A DNA stretch of 64,000 bases from a virus (Duplodnaviria; Caudoviricetes), in the IMG/VR virus record IMGVR_UViG_3300030330_004093, positions 1 to 64,000 of that record; one strand, written 5' to 3'. A program made the translations under genes and the position numbers. The notes beneath the pieces are model-generated. The model had not been told where the DNA came from, did no database searches, and saw only the letters and a program-made list of their open reading frames with translations. Of this stretch, positions 38,121 through 48,049 are shown one piece after another; positions within the stretch are counted from its first letter, which is position 1; the number at the start of each line of letters is the position of its first letter.

Positions 38121-39833
38121 ATGAAAAAGATAAAAATAAGTGAACAACAAGCCGATATGTTAAAAAACTTAGGTAAACATAAAGTTCTTAAGGTAACTAA
38201 AGAGCAATATGAAAAAATAGTTAGTCTTGAAAAATTATCGGAAGGTAGTCACGCAATCGACCTAGCATTTAGACAAAACTTAAGTAACGATGCTAGAAAA
38301 GACTTCAACAAAACTAAAATACCTGGAATAACTGAAATGTATCAGTCATTCATCTCTGAATTGTACGGGGTTAACGAAAACACGGAAAAAAAACACGAAA
38401 AATTAATTAAGCTAATGGAACTAGCTGGTTTAATTAACAACAACAGAATCGTAAAAGAAAAATTTAACAATGATAAAAACATGGTTAAGAATGTAATGTG
38501 TGAGGCCCTTTACGAAATACATAATGGTTGTAGTGAATACAAAGTTATGGAGATGATAGAAGAAATGCTCCATGAAAAAGAAGGTTATTCTGACAAATAC
38601 CAAGAACACAAACCTGGTGAGACTATAGACATGTTCAAAGATTATCAAGGAAAACCCGAAAGAGTTGAAGTAGATAATGAAAGCTATAAGAAAAGACTTG
38701 AGAATTGGTTAGTTAATAATCAAAACCACGAGAACTACTTATATTTTAAAAACAAATACAATAAGGGGGAATATCAAAAAGCATTGTTAGACATAACAAG
38801 ACTAAAAGAATATAACAACCCAATTGAAGAAGTATTATCAGAAGATGAGTCCAACATTATTGGAAACGAGATATTAAATTACGAACCATTTGTTAATCTA
38901 CCAGAAACTAGAGACGAGGTAGATTTTTTAAATAGAGGTGAAGCTAAATTACCATCATTAAAGGACGGTGATGTATCCATGAATATATTAGAAAAAGAAA
39001 CAGTTAGAGCATGGGTAGCAGCTTTTATAAATATGTTTAAAGAAGAACCAATTTTTGAACTAAACCCAGAAGGTCCAGGATACGAAAAGGTGAAAGTGTT
39101 AAATCAATCATTTAATGATTGGCAAAGTGGATATGTTAGTGGAAAAGCTTCAGAATTGGAAAAGTTTAGTTCAAAAGATGAAGCAACCACTGCAGGTTCA
39201 TCTGGTGCTTATGTAGGGGCGTTAGGGATGGATACACCAATAAATAAATCAAACGTTGTTGATGAGTTGATAAATGATGAAGTATCTGATATAGAAACTG
39301 AAACAGACACAGAGACGGAAGTACTACACGGTGTGGTTGATTTATTATCCTCTGTGATTAATTCACCAGCTGTAAAACCAGATGATATAAGTAAACGCTC
39401 ATATATCTTAGTAAAGGCTATAAATTACTTAAAACATATCGACACAGATAATATTATGTTTAATTATTTCTTACCAGATTTAATTAAAAAATTAATCTAT
39501 TATAGTAGAAATATTTCTGATGAAGGTATGTTTGAAAAATATATACACCATATGAAATATGTGTACCAAACACTAAAGGTACTTAAGGACGACATTAACG
39601 TTAAACCATTTCCATATGAAGAGGAGATACTAGAACAAGGTATTGGAAATTCTGGAGCGTATGATACACCAGGGTTTGATAATCCAGCCATGACTGGAGA
39701 TACACCAAGAGGTACAGGTCCAACATGGAAAAAACCAACAATAGCTGGTGGTAAAGAAGTTAAAGTAAAAGAAAAGTGTTCTGAGTTCCCATATTGCAAT
39801 CAGGGGTCAGACGCTATAGAAATAAGTAAATAA
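38121..39833 (+). CDS. Acidic modular late protein (possible internal head protein)
   Basis: MKKIKISEQQ leader; EATTAGSSGAY and GNSGAYDTPGF motifs; C-terminal KCSEFPYCNQG. Confidence 0.65.
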   Translation: MKKIKISEQQADMLKNLGKHKVLKVTKEQYEKIVSLEKLSEGSHAIDLAFRQNLSNDARKDFNKTKIPGITEMYQSFISELYGVNENTEKKHEKLIKLMELAGLINNNRIVKEKFNNDKNMVKNVMCEALYEIHNGCSEYKVMEMIEEMLHEKEGYSDKYQEHKPGETIDMFKDYQGKPERVEVDNESYKKRLENWLVNNQNHENYLYFKNKYNKGEYQKALLDITRLKEYNNPIEEVLSEDESNIIGNEILNYEPFVNLPETRDEVDFLNRGEAKLPSLKDGDVSMNILEKETVRAWVAAFINMFKEEPIFELNPEGPGYEKVKVLNQSFNDWQSGYVSGKASELEKFSSKDEATTAGSSGAYVGALGMDTPINKSNVVDELINDEVSDIETETDTETEVLHGVVDLLSSVINSPAVKPDDISKRSYILVKAINYLKHIDTDNIMFNYFLPDLIKKLIYYSRNISDEGMFEKYIHHMKYVYQTLKVLKDDINVKPFPYEEEILEQGIGNSGAYDTPGFDNPAMTGDTPRGTGPTWKKPTIAGGKEVKVKEKCSEFPYCNQGSDAIEISK

Positions 39834-39852
39834 TAAATTAAATAGAAAGATT

Positions 39853-40203
39853 GTGGGGAAAACAGGTAAATTAATAAGTAAAGTAATTGTAGCTATGGGA
39901 GTGGTTGCAGCGGGGTCATATTTAATATTAAATGACTCTAATAGTGCTGAAGTAGATTCATTTGATAAATCAATATTTGAATTAGATTCAGTATCAACCG
40001 ATAGCGTTAGTATTTGTGACACTATACCAGTAATAGCTGAAGACACTATAGAACCTAAAACTACAGTAGTTAAGGAAATTCCAGTAAAAGACACTACAAT
40101 AGTTAAATCTGTTGAAAACAGAACATTTAAAATTATATTATCAGTTAAGGATACTGTACTTTCGGATACATCAAGCCTTATGAAATCTTTTTACAAGAAA
40201 TAA
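39853..40203 (+). CDS. Membrane-anchored hypothetical protein
   Basis: GTG start; N-terminal hydrophobic helix. Confidence 0.5.
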   Translation: MGKTGKLISKVIVAMGVVAAGSYLILNDSNSAEVDSFDKSIFELDSVSTDSVSICDTIPVIAEDTIEPKTTVVKEIPVKDTTIVKSVENRTFKIILSVKDTVLSDTSSLMKSFYKK

Positions 40204-40249
40204 GATAATTTTAGGTAAATATTAGATATTTATATAAATAAAGTAGATT

Positions 40250-41851
40250 ATGGACAAGAAAAATATAAAAAAACATTTAACAAGTACTTTTTTATCAGAA
40301 GATAAAAAACCTGTTGGATTAACCAGTACTGAAAAAATCCAAGCGGATTCAAAGAAGTTTAACGCAGATAATCAAAAAGAAGTTGCTAAAGAAATGGAAG
40401 GTTATGAGAAATCTTTGGAAAAAGAAACTGAACCTGTAAAATACGAGAATAGCGATTCTGATAAAGAGTATCATGAAGAAATGGAAACTATGAATGGTCT
40501 TGAAATGAATAGATTTCAAAACGAACCGAGTGAAGCATTTAAAGAAAGAGCAGAAAAAGCTATAGCTGGTGATGCATCAATGGGTAACTCTCCAGACTAC
40601 GCTAATGTTATACCAGAAGACCAAGCAGGGTTTACTGGACCAGACTTTGGTAAAAACTTAGTAAAGAAAATTAAATCATCTAAAGAAAAAAGAGATAAAT
40701 CTAGTGAATTAAGTAATAAGAATAAAACTAGTGTTAGTGGTACTGACTTTAAAGACAGTGCAATGAATAATAAATCACCTAAAAGTGTTGCTATATCAGA
40801 AAACAAAGAAAGCTCAAACTTCAAAGATAAGATTTATTATGCTGGTAAAGAATTAACTTTAGACACCATCTACAATGAAGATAAACAAAAATCATGGGAT
40901 GATGACGCCCAAGCTATGATTGACTATCACAAAAAAAACGGTAAAAAGGCAGCTGTAATTCATAAGGGTAATGAACATGGGTTATATGTTGAAAAATCAA
41001 TAAAAGAAAACAAATCAAATAAAATGAAAAGACTTGTATTTAAAAAAGAATTTAAGGGTGTTGGGAATGCTCTTAATGTAATCCCAGAATCTTATAAGGT
41101 TGATGGAAAAGAATTCCAAATGACTGATGGAAATGAAAAGTATGAAATCAGATGGGAAGGAAGCTTGACTGAAGGTAGAGCAATTGTTCTTAAGGCTTCA
41201 GATAAGAAACTTATGAACGAAGACATGGAAAACATGAAACGTCTTATGGGGTATAAGTCTCAAGACACTCTTGGAACAGTTAAGGGTGCTGGTAGAATTG
41301 ATGAAAACAAAAAATTCAATGATATCTGGGGAAAGACAAAAAACCTTATGACTGAAATGACTGGTGGTTATGGATTTACTGGTGAGGGAAACCTTGAAGG
41401 AATGAAAGAATATGACATGAGTGAAGACTCTGACCCTATCTTAACTAAACACTTATCTGATTTTTACAATAGAATTGGTAAACAAAAAGGGGATAGTCTA
41501 ACACCAGAAGAAAAGAAAGAAGAAGAAAAGGTTTATTCTAATTATTTTAACAGTAAACACGACCATCCTGAAGATTTTATGGAAGGTAAGGACTTTCCAG
41601 ACTTAACTGGTGACGGTAAGGTAACTCAAGCTGATATTCTTAAGGGTAGAGGTGTTGAGTTAGATGAAAAAATCGCTGAAGAAGGTATGATATCTGAAAA
41701 TCCTGAACAACCATTAGGGTCAGTAGAATTAACACTTCAAGATGTTATTTTTCTAAATATAGGTTTAGAAAAATACCCATTTGAAAAAAGTCCTAGATTT
41801 TTGGAAACTGTAAGTAAGATTCAAAATTTAATGAAAAACATTAAAAGATAA
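40250..41851 (+). CDS. Acidic modular late protein; shares a ~110-aa domain with the next gene; has an EF-hand/dockerin-like FPDLTGDGKVTQADIL motif
   Basis: MKRLVFKKEF...IPESYKVDGKEFQMTDGNE domain at 41024 to ~41350; TATTTAT at 40227-40233. Confidence 0.7.
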   Translation: MDKKNIKKHLTSTFLSEDKKPVGLTSTEKIQADSKKFNADNQKEVAKEMEGYEKSLEKETEPVKYENSDSDKEYHEEMETMNGLEMNRFQNEPSEAFKERAEKAIAGDASMGNSPDYANVIPEDQAGFTGPDFGKNLVKKIKSSKEKRDKSSELSNKNKTSVSGTDFKDSAMNNKSPKSVAISENKESSNFKDKIYYAGKELTLDTIYNEDKQKSWDDDAQAMIDYHKKNGKKAAVIHKGNEHGLYVEKSIKENKSNKMKRLVFKKEFKGVGNALNVIPESYKVDGKEFQMTDGNEKYEIRWEGSLTEGRAIVLKASDKKLMNEDMENMKRLMGYKSQDTLGTVKGAGRIDENKKFNDIWGKTKNLMTEMTGGYGFTGEGNLEGMKEYDMSEDSDPILTKHLSDFYNRIGKQKGDSLTPEEKKEEEKVYSNYFNSKHDHPEDFMEGKDFPDLTGDGKVTQADILKGRGVELDEKIAEEGMISENPEQPLGSVELTLQDVIFLNIGLEKYPFEKSPRFLETVSKIQNLMKNIKR

Positions 41852-41854
41852 ATT

Positions 41855-43207
41855 ATGAAAAGACTTAAATTCAAAAAACCATTCAATGGAATGGATAACG
41901 CAAAGAAACTTATTCCAGAATCTTATAAGGTTGATGGTAAGGAGTTTGAAATGACTGATGGTAATGAAACTTACAAAGTTAAGTGGTCGTCATTAATTAA
42001 TGAAGGCATTGTATTAACATCTTCCAATAAAGCTCAAATCAATGAAGATATGGGCAAAATGAAACATCTTATGGGATTTAAATCTCAAGAAACTCTTGGA
42101 ACCGTTAAGGGTGCTGATAGACTTGATGAAAATAAGAAGTTTGGTGACGTGTTAGACAAGACAAAGAAACTAATTAATGAATCTGCAATTACTGAGGTAG
42201 AAGAAGAAATAGACGAATCAATAGAAGAAGGTGAACACATTAAATCAGGAATGGGTGGTTCTAACAAAGGTAAGAGTAGAACTGACAAGACTGAAGTGTT
42301 AAAGAATAAGTCTAAGAAACAAAGAAGAAAAGCTGACAAGGAAGCTACAAAAGACATCAATGAAAATGATGTTGAAGCACTTCAAAGCGCATTAGGTGAT
42401 AGCCCAAAGGTTGCAGCTGCAGCTAAAAAGGTAAACACTAGAGATGAAAAGTTTGAAGCAGCTATTGCTTACATTAATAACATGGTTGGTGACAATGATG
42501 TATTAAAAAGTAAAATAGCTAGAACATTATTAAAAAAAGACGGTAGCGATGTTGTAAATGAGTTTGATGGAGATGAAGACGAGTACGAATACTACCGTAG
42601 AGGAGGAAGAGAGCTTGACGATTATCTAGATGATGCAGAAAAGGAAGCTAGAAGAGCAAAAGAATCTGGAATCTTTAAAGACGATTTACCACCAGGACCT
42701 TCAGACGAAGAAGAACAAGCTGCTCAAGTTTACGAAGATGACTTACCAATACCACCAGGACCTTCAGACGAAGAAGAACAAGCTGCTCAAGTTTACGAAG
42801 ATAGATTTGACGAAGTTTTTGAAGGTATGTATGAGGGAGATGATATTGAAACATTAGATGAAGGTTTAAAAAACTGGATAGCTGCTGGTCTTATTACAAT
42901 AGGTAGTATTGCTGGTATAGGTAAAGTTATACAATTAGATAATCAAGCACAGGAAGCTAAAATGGAGTACTATCAAAATGTGTTATCACCTAAAACTGGT
43001 GATATAGAAAAAATGGCTGAATTAGGTCATGAAATTCAAGATGAAACACATGAGTTAGCGATGAGTATGGACCTAATTAAAACTATATCACAGGAAGAAG
43101 GTGGTATGAAAAACTATTGGGCTGATTTCGCAAAGACTAAACTACAGAAAAATCCACAAGATTTCTCGGTAGACCAATCTGGTACTATACATTATACACC
43201 AAAATAA
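41855..43207 (+). CDS. Paralogous acidic late protein with an internal tandem repeat and a hydrophobic helix
   Basis: MKRLKFKKPF...IPESYKVDGKEFEMTDGNE; LDEGLKNWIAAGLITIGSIAGIG. Confidence 0.7.
   Translation: MKRLKFKKPFNGMDNAKKLIPESYKVDGKEFEMTDGNETYKVKWSSLINEGIVLTSSNKAQINEDMGKMKHLMGFKSQETLGTVKGADRLDENKKFGDVLDKTKKLINESAITEVEEEIDESIEEGEHIKSGMGGSNKGKSRTDKTEVLKNKSKKQRRKADKEATKDINENDVEALQSALGDSPKVAAAAKKVNTRDEKFEAAIAYINNMVGDNDVLKSKIARTLLKKDGSDVVNEFDGDEDEYEYYRRGGRELDDYLDDAEKEARRAKESGIFKDDLPPGPSDEEEQAAQVYEDDLPIPPGPSDEEEQAAQVYEDRFDEVFEGMYEGDDIETLDEGLKNWIAAGLITIGSIAGIGKVIQLDNQAQEAKMEYYQNVLSPKTGDIEKMAELGHEIQDETHELAMSMDLIKTISQEEGGMKNYWADFAKTKLQKNPQDFSVDQSGTIHYTPK
42687..42802 (+). repeat. Perfect 53-bp direct repeat x2 (period 63 bp), in frame
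   Basis: 42687-42739 equals 42750-42802; encodes PPGPSDEEEQAAQVYED twice. Confidence 0.95.
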
Positions 43208-43233
43208 ATTGGTAATCCATTTATAAATAAATT

Positions 43234-43262
43234 AAACCCTCCCCTAATAAGGAGGGTTTTTT
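43234..43262 (+). terminator. Rho-independent terminator
   Basis: AAACCCTCC-cctaataa-GGAGGGTTT followed by a T-tract. Confidence 0.88.
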
Positions 43263-43288
43263 ATTATTTATAGATATTTATTAATAAG

Positions 43289-43963
43289 ATGTTTTATAAA
43301 ATAATACAATTATTAATTAATCTTTTCACATCAAAAAAAACTGAAACGGTTAATAATGATTTGGAACCACAAATTGTGGCACCGAAAGAAGAAGAAGTAA
43401 TAATAGATAATAAAAAAGATAAAGACATGGAAAAAGTTTCGGAATATGTTTCATTGGCAGAAGTAACTCATAGTAATACCGCAATAAGTAAAGGATTAGA
43501 TAATACACCAACATTAAATCAGTTAATGCTTATACAATCTCTGTGTATTAATGTTTTTGATAAATTAAGAGAACACACAGGTAAACCAATAAAGATAAAC
43601 TCGGTATTTAGGGGACCAGAATTAAATGAAGCTATTGGCGGGTCAAAAAATTCACAACATTGTGTGGGGTTAGACCCTAGTGAACGTAATTATGGTGCGG
43701 CAATGGATATTGATGATTATTACTGGAGAAAGAGTATTAATAAGTTTAACAACACAGAGATGGGTGACTGGATTAGAGAGAATTTAGATTATGACCAATT
43801 AATATACGAAAGACCTGTAAATGGTTATCCAGGGTGGATTCATGTTTCTTATAGACCAGATGGTAAAAATAGAAAACAAAACTTAATATATTTGGGTGGT
43901 GGCAAGTATATACCATACGAAGGCAATGAAAGTATAATAAAAAATCCAGATTTGGATAAATAA
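43289..43963 (+). CDS. Peptidase M15A (Zn D-Ala-D-Ala peptidase family), candidate endolysin
   Basis: INSVFR..LNEAIGGSKNSQH...AMDI...WIHVSY. Confidence 0.88.
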   Translation: MFYKIIQLLINLFTSKKTETVNNDLEPQIVAPKEEEVIIDNKKDKDMEKVSEYVSLAEVTHSNTAISKGLDNTPTLNQLMLIQSLCINVFDKLREHTGKPIKINSVFRGPELNEAIGGSKNSQHCVGLDPSERNYGAAMDIDDYYWRKSINKFNNTEMGDWIRENLDYDQLIYERPVNGYPGWIHVSYRPDGKNRKQNLIYLGGGKYIPYEGNESIIKNPDLDK

Positions 43964-44002
43964 CATTTATTTTCCAGAGACATAAATTATATTTGTTTTG
44001 TA

Positions 44003-44479
44003 ATGGAAAATATTGATAAAAGTTTAAAATTCTTGAGTTATATAAAGACACCACTAAGCGAGAACAGTGTTAATGTATTATTAAATGCTAATAATATCAA
44101 ACACAACTGTTCTGAACTATATAGTGATTTTATTCAGTCATTATTCTCCTTAATATTTGACACCTATATGGGTGATGATATAACATCAGAAATAGACAGG
44201 ATATATCATTTTAAATGGTGTTGGAAGAAAAATATAGAAAACTTTAATGATGAAGGTATAAATTTTGTTGACACAAAAGAAGCTTACTATTATTTCCTAG
44301 AATTTATGTGTGAAGTATATTACTCAGTAGAACAAAAAGAGTCCAAACCACAGATACCAGAAACCATAAAAAACCTATGGTATAAGTTATTTTCATATGG
44401 GTCACAAAAGACTCGTTCTGATATTGATAACTTCATAGAGATATATAATATTTTGGATAAATCTTTAAAAAAACACTAA
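44003..44479 (+). CDS. Hypothetical protein
   Basis: 158 aa; TATATTTG at 43988-43995. Confidence 0.65.
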   Translation: MENIDKSLKFLSYIKTPLSENSVNVLLNANNIKHNCSELYSDFIQSLFSLIFDTYMGDDITSEIDRIYHFKWCWKKNIENFNDEGINFVDTKEAYYYFLEFMCEVYYSVEQKESKPQIPETIKNLWYKLFSYGSQKTRSDIDNFIEIYNILDKSLKKH

Positions 44480-44529
44480 AAACCCCCATTTAAGCTTTAT
44501 TTATTAATTATTATCCTTATAATTGGAAA

Positions 44530-44742
44530 ATGAGGACTATTAATATAATTCTAATGGAACTAGGTTTAGACAAACTTAAGATAGAGGATAAACTTGAAAA
44601 GTTAATCAACTCAAATGATGATATTGATGAAAAAACTAAAGAAATTAAATCAATATTAAGAGAAATAGTCATGATTGACGAAATGATTAAAAAATGGCAA
44701 GAGTATATGCCAGGCGAAGAGCCAAAAAATAATAACGAATAA
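44530..44742 (+). CDS. Small coiled-coil hypothetical protein
   Basis: 70-aa ORF in operon orientation. Confidence 0.6.
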   Translation: MRTINIILMELGLDKLKIEDKLEKLINSNDDIDEKTKEIKSILREIVMIDEMIKKWQEYMPGEEPKNNNE

Positions 44743-44757
44743 TTAAAATTAATTAAA

Positions 44758-44931
44758 ATGAAAAAATTCGAAAATTTAAAAGAGATTATTGAAAGTATCT
44801 CTGAGGATGTTGCTAAGTTTGATGAAAAAGGTAACAAAGCTGCTGGAACTAGGGTAAGACAAGGTTTACAGCAAATTAAAACGGTAGCGCAAGACCTTAG
44901 AAAAGAAATTTCTGAGAGAAAGAACGCTTAA
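44758..44931 (+). CDS. Histone H1-like nucleoid protein (Hc1 family), 57 aa; not in the ORF track
   Basis: My translation: MKKFENLKEIIESISEDVAKFDEKGNKAAGTRVRQGLQQIKTVAQDLRKEISERKNA, with the KGNKAAGTR hallmark. Confidence 0.9.
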   Translation: MKKFENLKEIIESISEDVAKFDEKGNKAAGTRVRQGLQQIKTVAQDLRKEISERKNA

Positions 44932-44945
44932 TAAATATTGTTTGA

Positions 44946-45152
44946 ATGGATATACTTAATAAAATATTGTTAACCGTGTTAGTTATGTCATCCTTGAATG
45001 TCATAAGACACTTATATTATTTTACACAAGCTTGGGTAAAATCGGACACCGAAACACCTCAAAAGTATAAATTGGGTAATGGTTCGTTGTGGGTTTTAAG
45101 TATGTCCATTTCTTACATTATAACATCACTTATTTGTGGTGTTTTTATATAA
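44946..45152 (+). CDS. Small two-TM membrane protein
   Basis: Two hydrophobic segments. Confidence 0.6.
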   Translation: MDILNKILLTVLVMSSLNVIRHLYYFTQAWVKSDTETPQKYKLGNGSLWVLSMSISYIITSLICGVFI

Positions 45153-45161
45153 AAAACATTT

Positions 45162-45830
45162 ATGAGTAATATACAAGAAAGACTAGACTCATTACAACCA
45201 CACATCATTGGAATTAGATACGTACAAGGTGTGCAAGTTGTTGACGCAGCATTTAAGAGCGGTTGGACAATACCAGATTCAGATATAATCAAAAAAGACT
45301 TAATAGAAAAGGACAATAATTACTATGTGTTCTATACTGAAAAGGAAGGGGTTACATTTGATGACCTATTAGACTATATTGAAGGTATAATCTCTATCAA
45401 CATAGAAAGAGAAAAGAAGCACGAACTTTTTAAAGCTAAAGTAAAAGAGTTACAAGAAATATTCAAAACTAATAACCTATCTAAGTTAAAATTATTAAAC
45501 TTTAAATTTGACGAACCTGTTTTGAGCTTTGATAGTTCTAGTGAGATTAACATAGACATCACACCTAATGAAGTTGTTGAGGAAAAACAAGAGTTAGATG
45601 AATCTAATGTACCAGAAGAAAGGGAGGATGATACTAATTCAGAAGTTGTTAATGAAACTACAGAGACAAGTGTTGAAGAAAATACAGATACTTCAGTGAC
45701 TAGAAAGGTTAAAAATCAAGAAATAGAATTACCACCAAAGAGGGAAAAAATAGAACTTCAAGAATTTAAGAAACCAGAAATTATATGTAATTGTAGTAAT
45801 GGTGAGATTTGTATAGAATGTGCTGAATAA
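45162..45830 (+). CDS. Hypothetical protein with acidic linker and C-terminal CxC-x5-CxxC motif
   Basis: NIEREKKHELFKAKVKELQEIF; ends ICNCSNGEICIECAE. Confidence 0.65.
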   Translation: MSNIQERLDSLQPHIIGIRYVQGVQVVDAAFKSGWTIPDSDIIKKDLIEKDNNYYVFYTEKEGVTFDDLLDYIEGIISINIEREKKHELFKAKVKELQEIFKTNNLSKLKLLNFKFDEPVLSFDSSSEINIDITPNEVVEEKQELDESNVPEEREDDTNSEVVNETTETSVEENTDTSVTRKVKNQEIELPPKREKIELQEFKKPEIICNCSNGEICIECAE

Positions 45831-45889
45831 AACTATAAGTTTATTTTTTTATTTAAAATTTTTTTCATACCTTAGTTTAAATACTAAAT

Positions 45890-46099
45890 ATGGAAAAACT
45901 AAAAATTAATAAAACTGTAGTTAAAGAAGTTAAAAAACTAAATAGGTCAAATCAAAGATTAATAATCTTAAGAGACGTTTACGGAAAAAGCTTTGAGGAG
46001 ATATCAATTAAAACTGGATTAACCGAAGACGAGGTTAAATCAAAAATATTTAAGATTAGGAAAAAAATAAAGGATAAGGTAAAACCCCTTATCCCTTAG
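45890..46099 (+). CDS. Stand-alone sigma-70 region 4 (ECF-like) HTH protein
   Basis: LNRSNQRLIILRDVYGKSFEEISIKTGLTEDEVKSKIFKIRKKI. Confidence 0.7.
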   Translation: MEKLKINKTVVKEVKKLNRSNQRLIILRDVYGKSFEEISIKTGLTEDEVKSKIFKIRKKIKDKVKPLIP

Positions 46100-46430
46100 T
46101 CTTACTTTCAAAAAATTCTTGTACTGTATTTATGAACCAAACTATTCCAGATGAAAAAACACCATCAAGGAATAATATCAATACTAAAGAATCAAACCCC
46201 ATATTAGCAGTGATTGATAAGGTACTATCACCAAAGTAAATCGATAAAAACGAAACCAAGGGTCCAATCCATGTTGGTAGGCACATGAAACATGTGAATA
46301 ACTTATAAAGACTGTAATCACCTTCACCTAACTTATTTAGTAGATTTCTCCACCAAGAAAAGTTACTACCCCATATTAGTATATTACAAATACCATATAC
46401 AATAAACGAATAAATAAATATATTTGTCAT
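46089..46430 (-). CDS. Three-TM membrane protein with LFTCFMCLPTW motif (DUF1360-like)
   Basis: CxxC followed by W; minus-strand TATATTTG at 46447-46454. Confidence 0.7.
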   Translation of the reverse strand: MTNIFIYSFIVYGICNILIWGSNFSWWRNLLNKLGEGDYSLYKLFTCFMCLPTWIGPLVSFLSIYFGDSTLSITANMGFDSLVLILFLDGVFSSGIVWFINTVQEFFESKTKG

Positions 46431-46527
46431 AGTAAAATATTTTTTACAAATATACTACATATTACAAAATATGAAAGTATTTATCTAAAGTATTTACATA
46501 TTGTCAAAAAATAAGTACATTTGTTTT

Positions 46528-46839
46528 ATGAAGCGGAATATGAAAAATCCCATACCACTTGAACAAGTTTTAAGCAAGTTTAATCAACATAATAAGGAAT
46601 TTATCAAAAATTTAGATAGGGAAGAAATTATAGAAAATGTTGAAACTGTTGATGTAATAGAAAACGAGATTAAAGCAATTAAACTAAATACTCAACGAAA
46701 CAAAGATAAGTTTATAAATGAACTAAAATCTAGTTTAGGGGAAGAGTTAAAAAACAACCCTAGTGAGGTTAAGAAAATAAAGAAAGGTTTTTGGGAAAAA
46801 GTTAAAAATAATTTAAAAAATATATTTACTAGGTTTTAA
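46528..46839 (+). CDS. Hypothetical protein
   Basis: ATG just after a TTTACA-N17-TACATTTG promoter. Confidence 0.6.
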   Translation: MKRNMKNPIPLEQVLSKFNQHNKEFIKNLDREEIIENVETVDVIENEIKAIKLNTQRNKDKFINELKSSLGEELKNNPSEVKKIKKGFWEKVKNNLKNIFTRF

Positions 46840-46840
46840 T

Positions 46841-47074
46841 ATGACATACGATGAACTAATTAATACTATATCAGAAATAGTTAACAATAAAGAAATATTC
46901 AAAGAAGGGTTAACATTAACTTACGAATTGGATGAGGATAACCATAAAAAAATGGATGAACATTTGTTTTATAAAGCCAATCCAGAAGGTGTTGATTTTG
47001 AACACAAAGATACTGTGTTTGTTAATTTTGGTGAGATAAAAGTTAAATTTATTAAAAAAGATTTGGACAATTGA
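46841..47074 (+). CDS. Hypothetical protein
   Basis: 77-aa operonic ORF. Confidence 0.6.
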   Translation: MTYDELINTISEIVNNKEIFKEGLTLTYELDEDNHKKMDEHLFYKANPEGVDFEHKDTVFVNFGEIKVKFIKKDLDN

Positions 47075-47114
47075 TTAATTTTTTCTATATTTGATTATGA
47101 TTAAAAAAAAAGAT

Positions 47115-47627
47115 ATGAAAGAGTTATTATTTTTGGTGATTAAAATTTTTTTATTAGCTACATTATTGACTATTTGTTCTTGTAGGAAGGATGACGAATA
47201 TATGCCATGGGTTAATGTACCAGAGGAACAAAATGACACAACTCAATGGCAAGATAATTATAGTGATGGAGGGACGTTACCTTACGACACTTCATATAGT
47301 TCAGGTATTGTAGGTACTAAATGGGTTTTAACTAAAATGGTTACAGCATTTGCTACTGAATACCCAAATGACACTATAGAGTTTTTAACACAAAATAATT
47401 ATATAATATATGGAAGTCCAGTAGTTAGAAATTACCAACTTAACTCAATTGTAGGGTCAACTGACTACAGTTTATCACTCTACTATTTCACATCATTTGG
47501 TGGTGGACATTACAGTGCTAACGTTGGATACTACTTTATAGATGATGGAGTAATTGATAATGCTGAATTTCATAACAATTACAATTCTACCACAAGCAAA
47601 ATTAGAGCGTGGTTTGAAAAAATATAA
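47115..47627 (+). CDS. Lipoprotein (lipocalin-like domain) with Bacteroidota surface-export signal
   Basis: MKELLFLVIKIFLLATLLTICS-C-RKDDE; IVGTKWVLT motif; the start could also be 47097. Confidence 0.72.
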   Translation: MKELLFLVIKIFLLATLLTICSCRKDDEYMPWVNVPEEQNDTTQWQDNYSDGGTLPYDTSYSSGIVGTKWVLTKMVTAFATEYPNDTIEFLTQNNYIIYGSPVVRNYQLNSIVGSTDYSLSLYYFTSFGGGHYSANVGYYFIDDGVIDNAEFHNNYNSTTSKIRAWFEKI

Positions 47628-47639
47628 TGGACTATTAAA

Positions 47640-47789
47640 ATGAAAAATACCACAAAAAAACAAACAAAAAAAATTAGTGAAAAATTAGATAATATTTATA
47701 TAATTAAGTTAATCGAAAATAGTAACTCGCATAAGGATTTAGGTAAAAGTATAGAAGATTACTACAATTACATTAAAAATAATTTATAA
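47640..47789 (+). CDS. Small hypothetical protein (49 aa; not in the ORF track)
   Basis: Open frame that fills the gap up to the next ATG at 47791. Confidence 0.45.
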   Translation: MKNTTKKQTKKISEKLDNIYIIKLIENSNSHKDLGKSIEDYYNYIKNNL

Positions 47790-47790
47790 A

Positions 47791-47982
47791 ATGATAAATA
47801 AAGAGAAGGGTGACTTATACGATAAGTATGTTTCAGAGGTTAGTATAATACAAAGGCAGATATCAAAACTTAAGTCTGAATATGTTGTAAATGTACCAGA
47901 AAACATACAAAAAGAAATCGAAAGTAAAGAGTTAAAGATTAAAGAATATGAAAGATTACTAAAAAATCTTTTTGAATATTAA
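47791..47982 (+). CDS. Small coiled-coil hypothetical protein
   Basis: 63-aa ORF. Confidence 0.6.
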   Translation: MINKEKGDLYDKYVSEVSIIQRQISKLKSEYVVNVPENIQKEIESKELKIKEYERLLKNLFEY

Positions 47983-47989
47983 AAAAGGG

Positions 47990-48020
47990 TTGACAAAAGT
48001 AAATTATTTTTATATATTTG
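47990..48020 (+). promoter_or_regulatory. Promoter TTGACA-N17-TATATTTG
   Basis: Same layout at 55231-55261 and 57230-57260. Confidence 0.82.
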
Positions 48021-48049
48021 TATAACGTTAAATTTTAAAACTAGGAATC

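Noticed and set aside
42687-42802. Mini CRISPR or attachment-site repeat
   Set aside because: Two in-frame copies inside a coding region with only 10 bp between them; a simple intragenic duplication.
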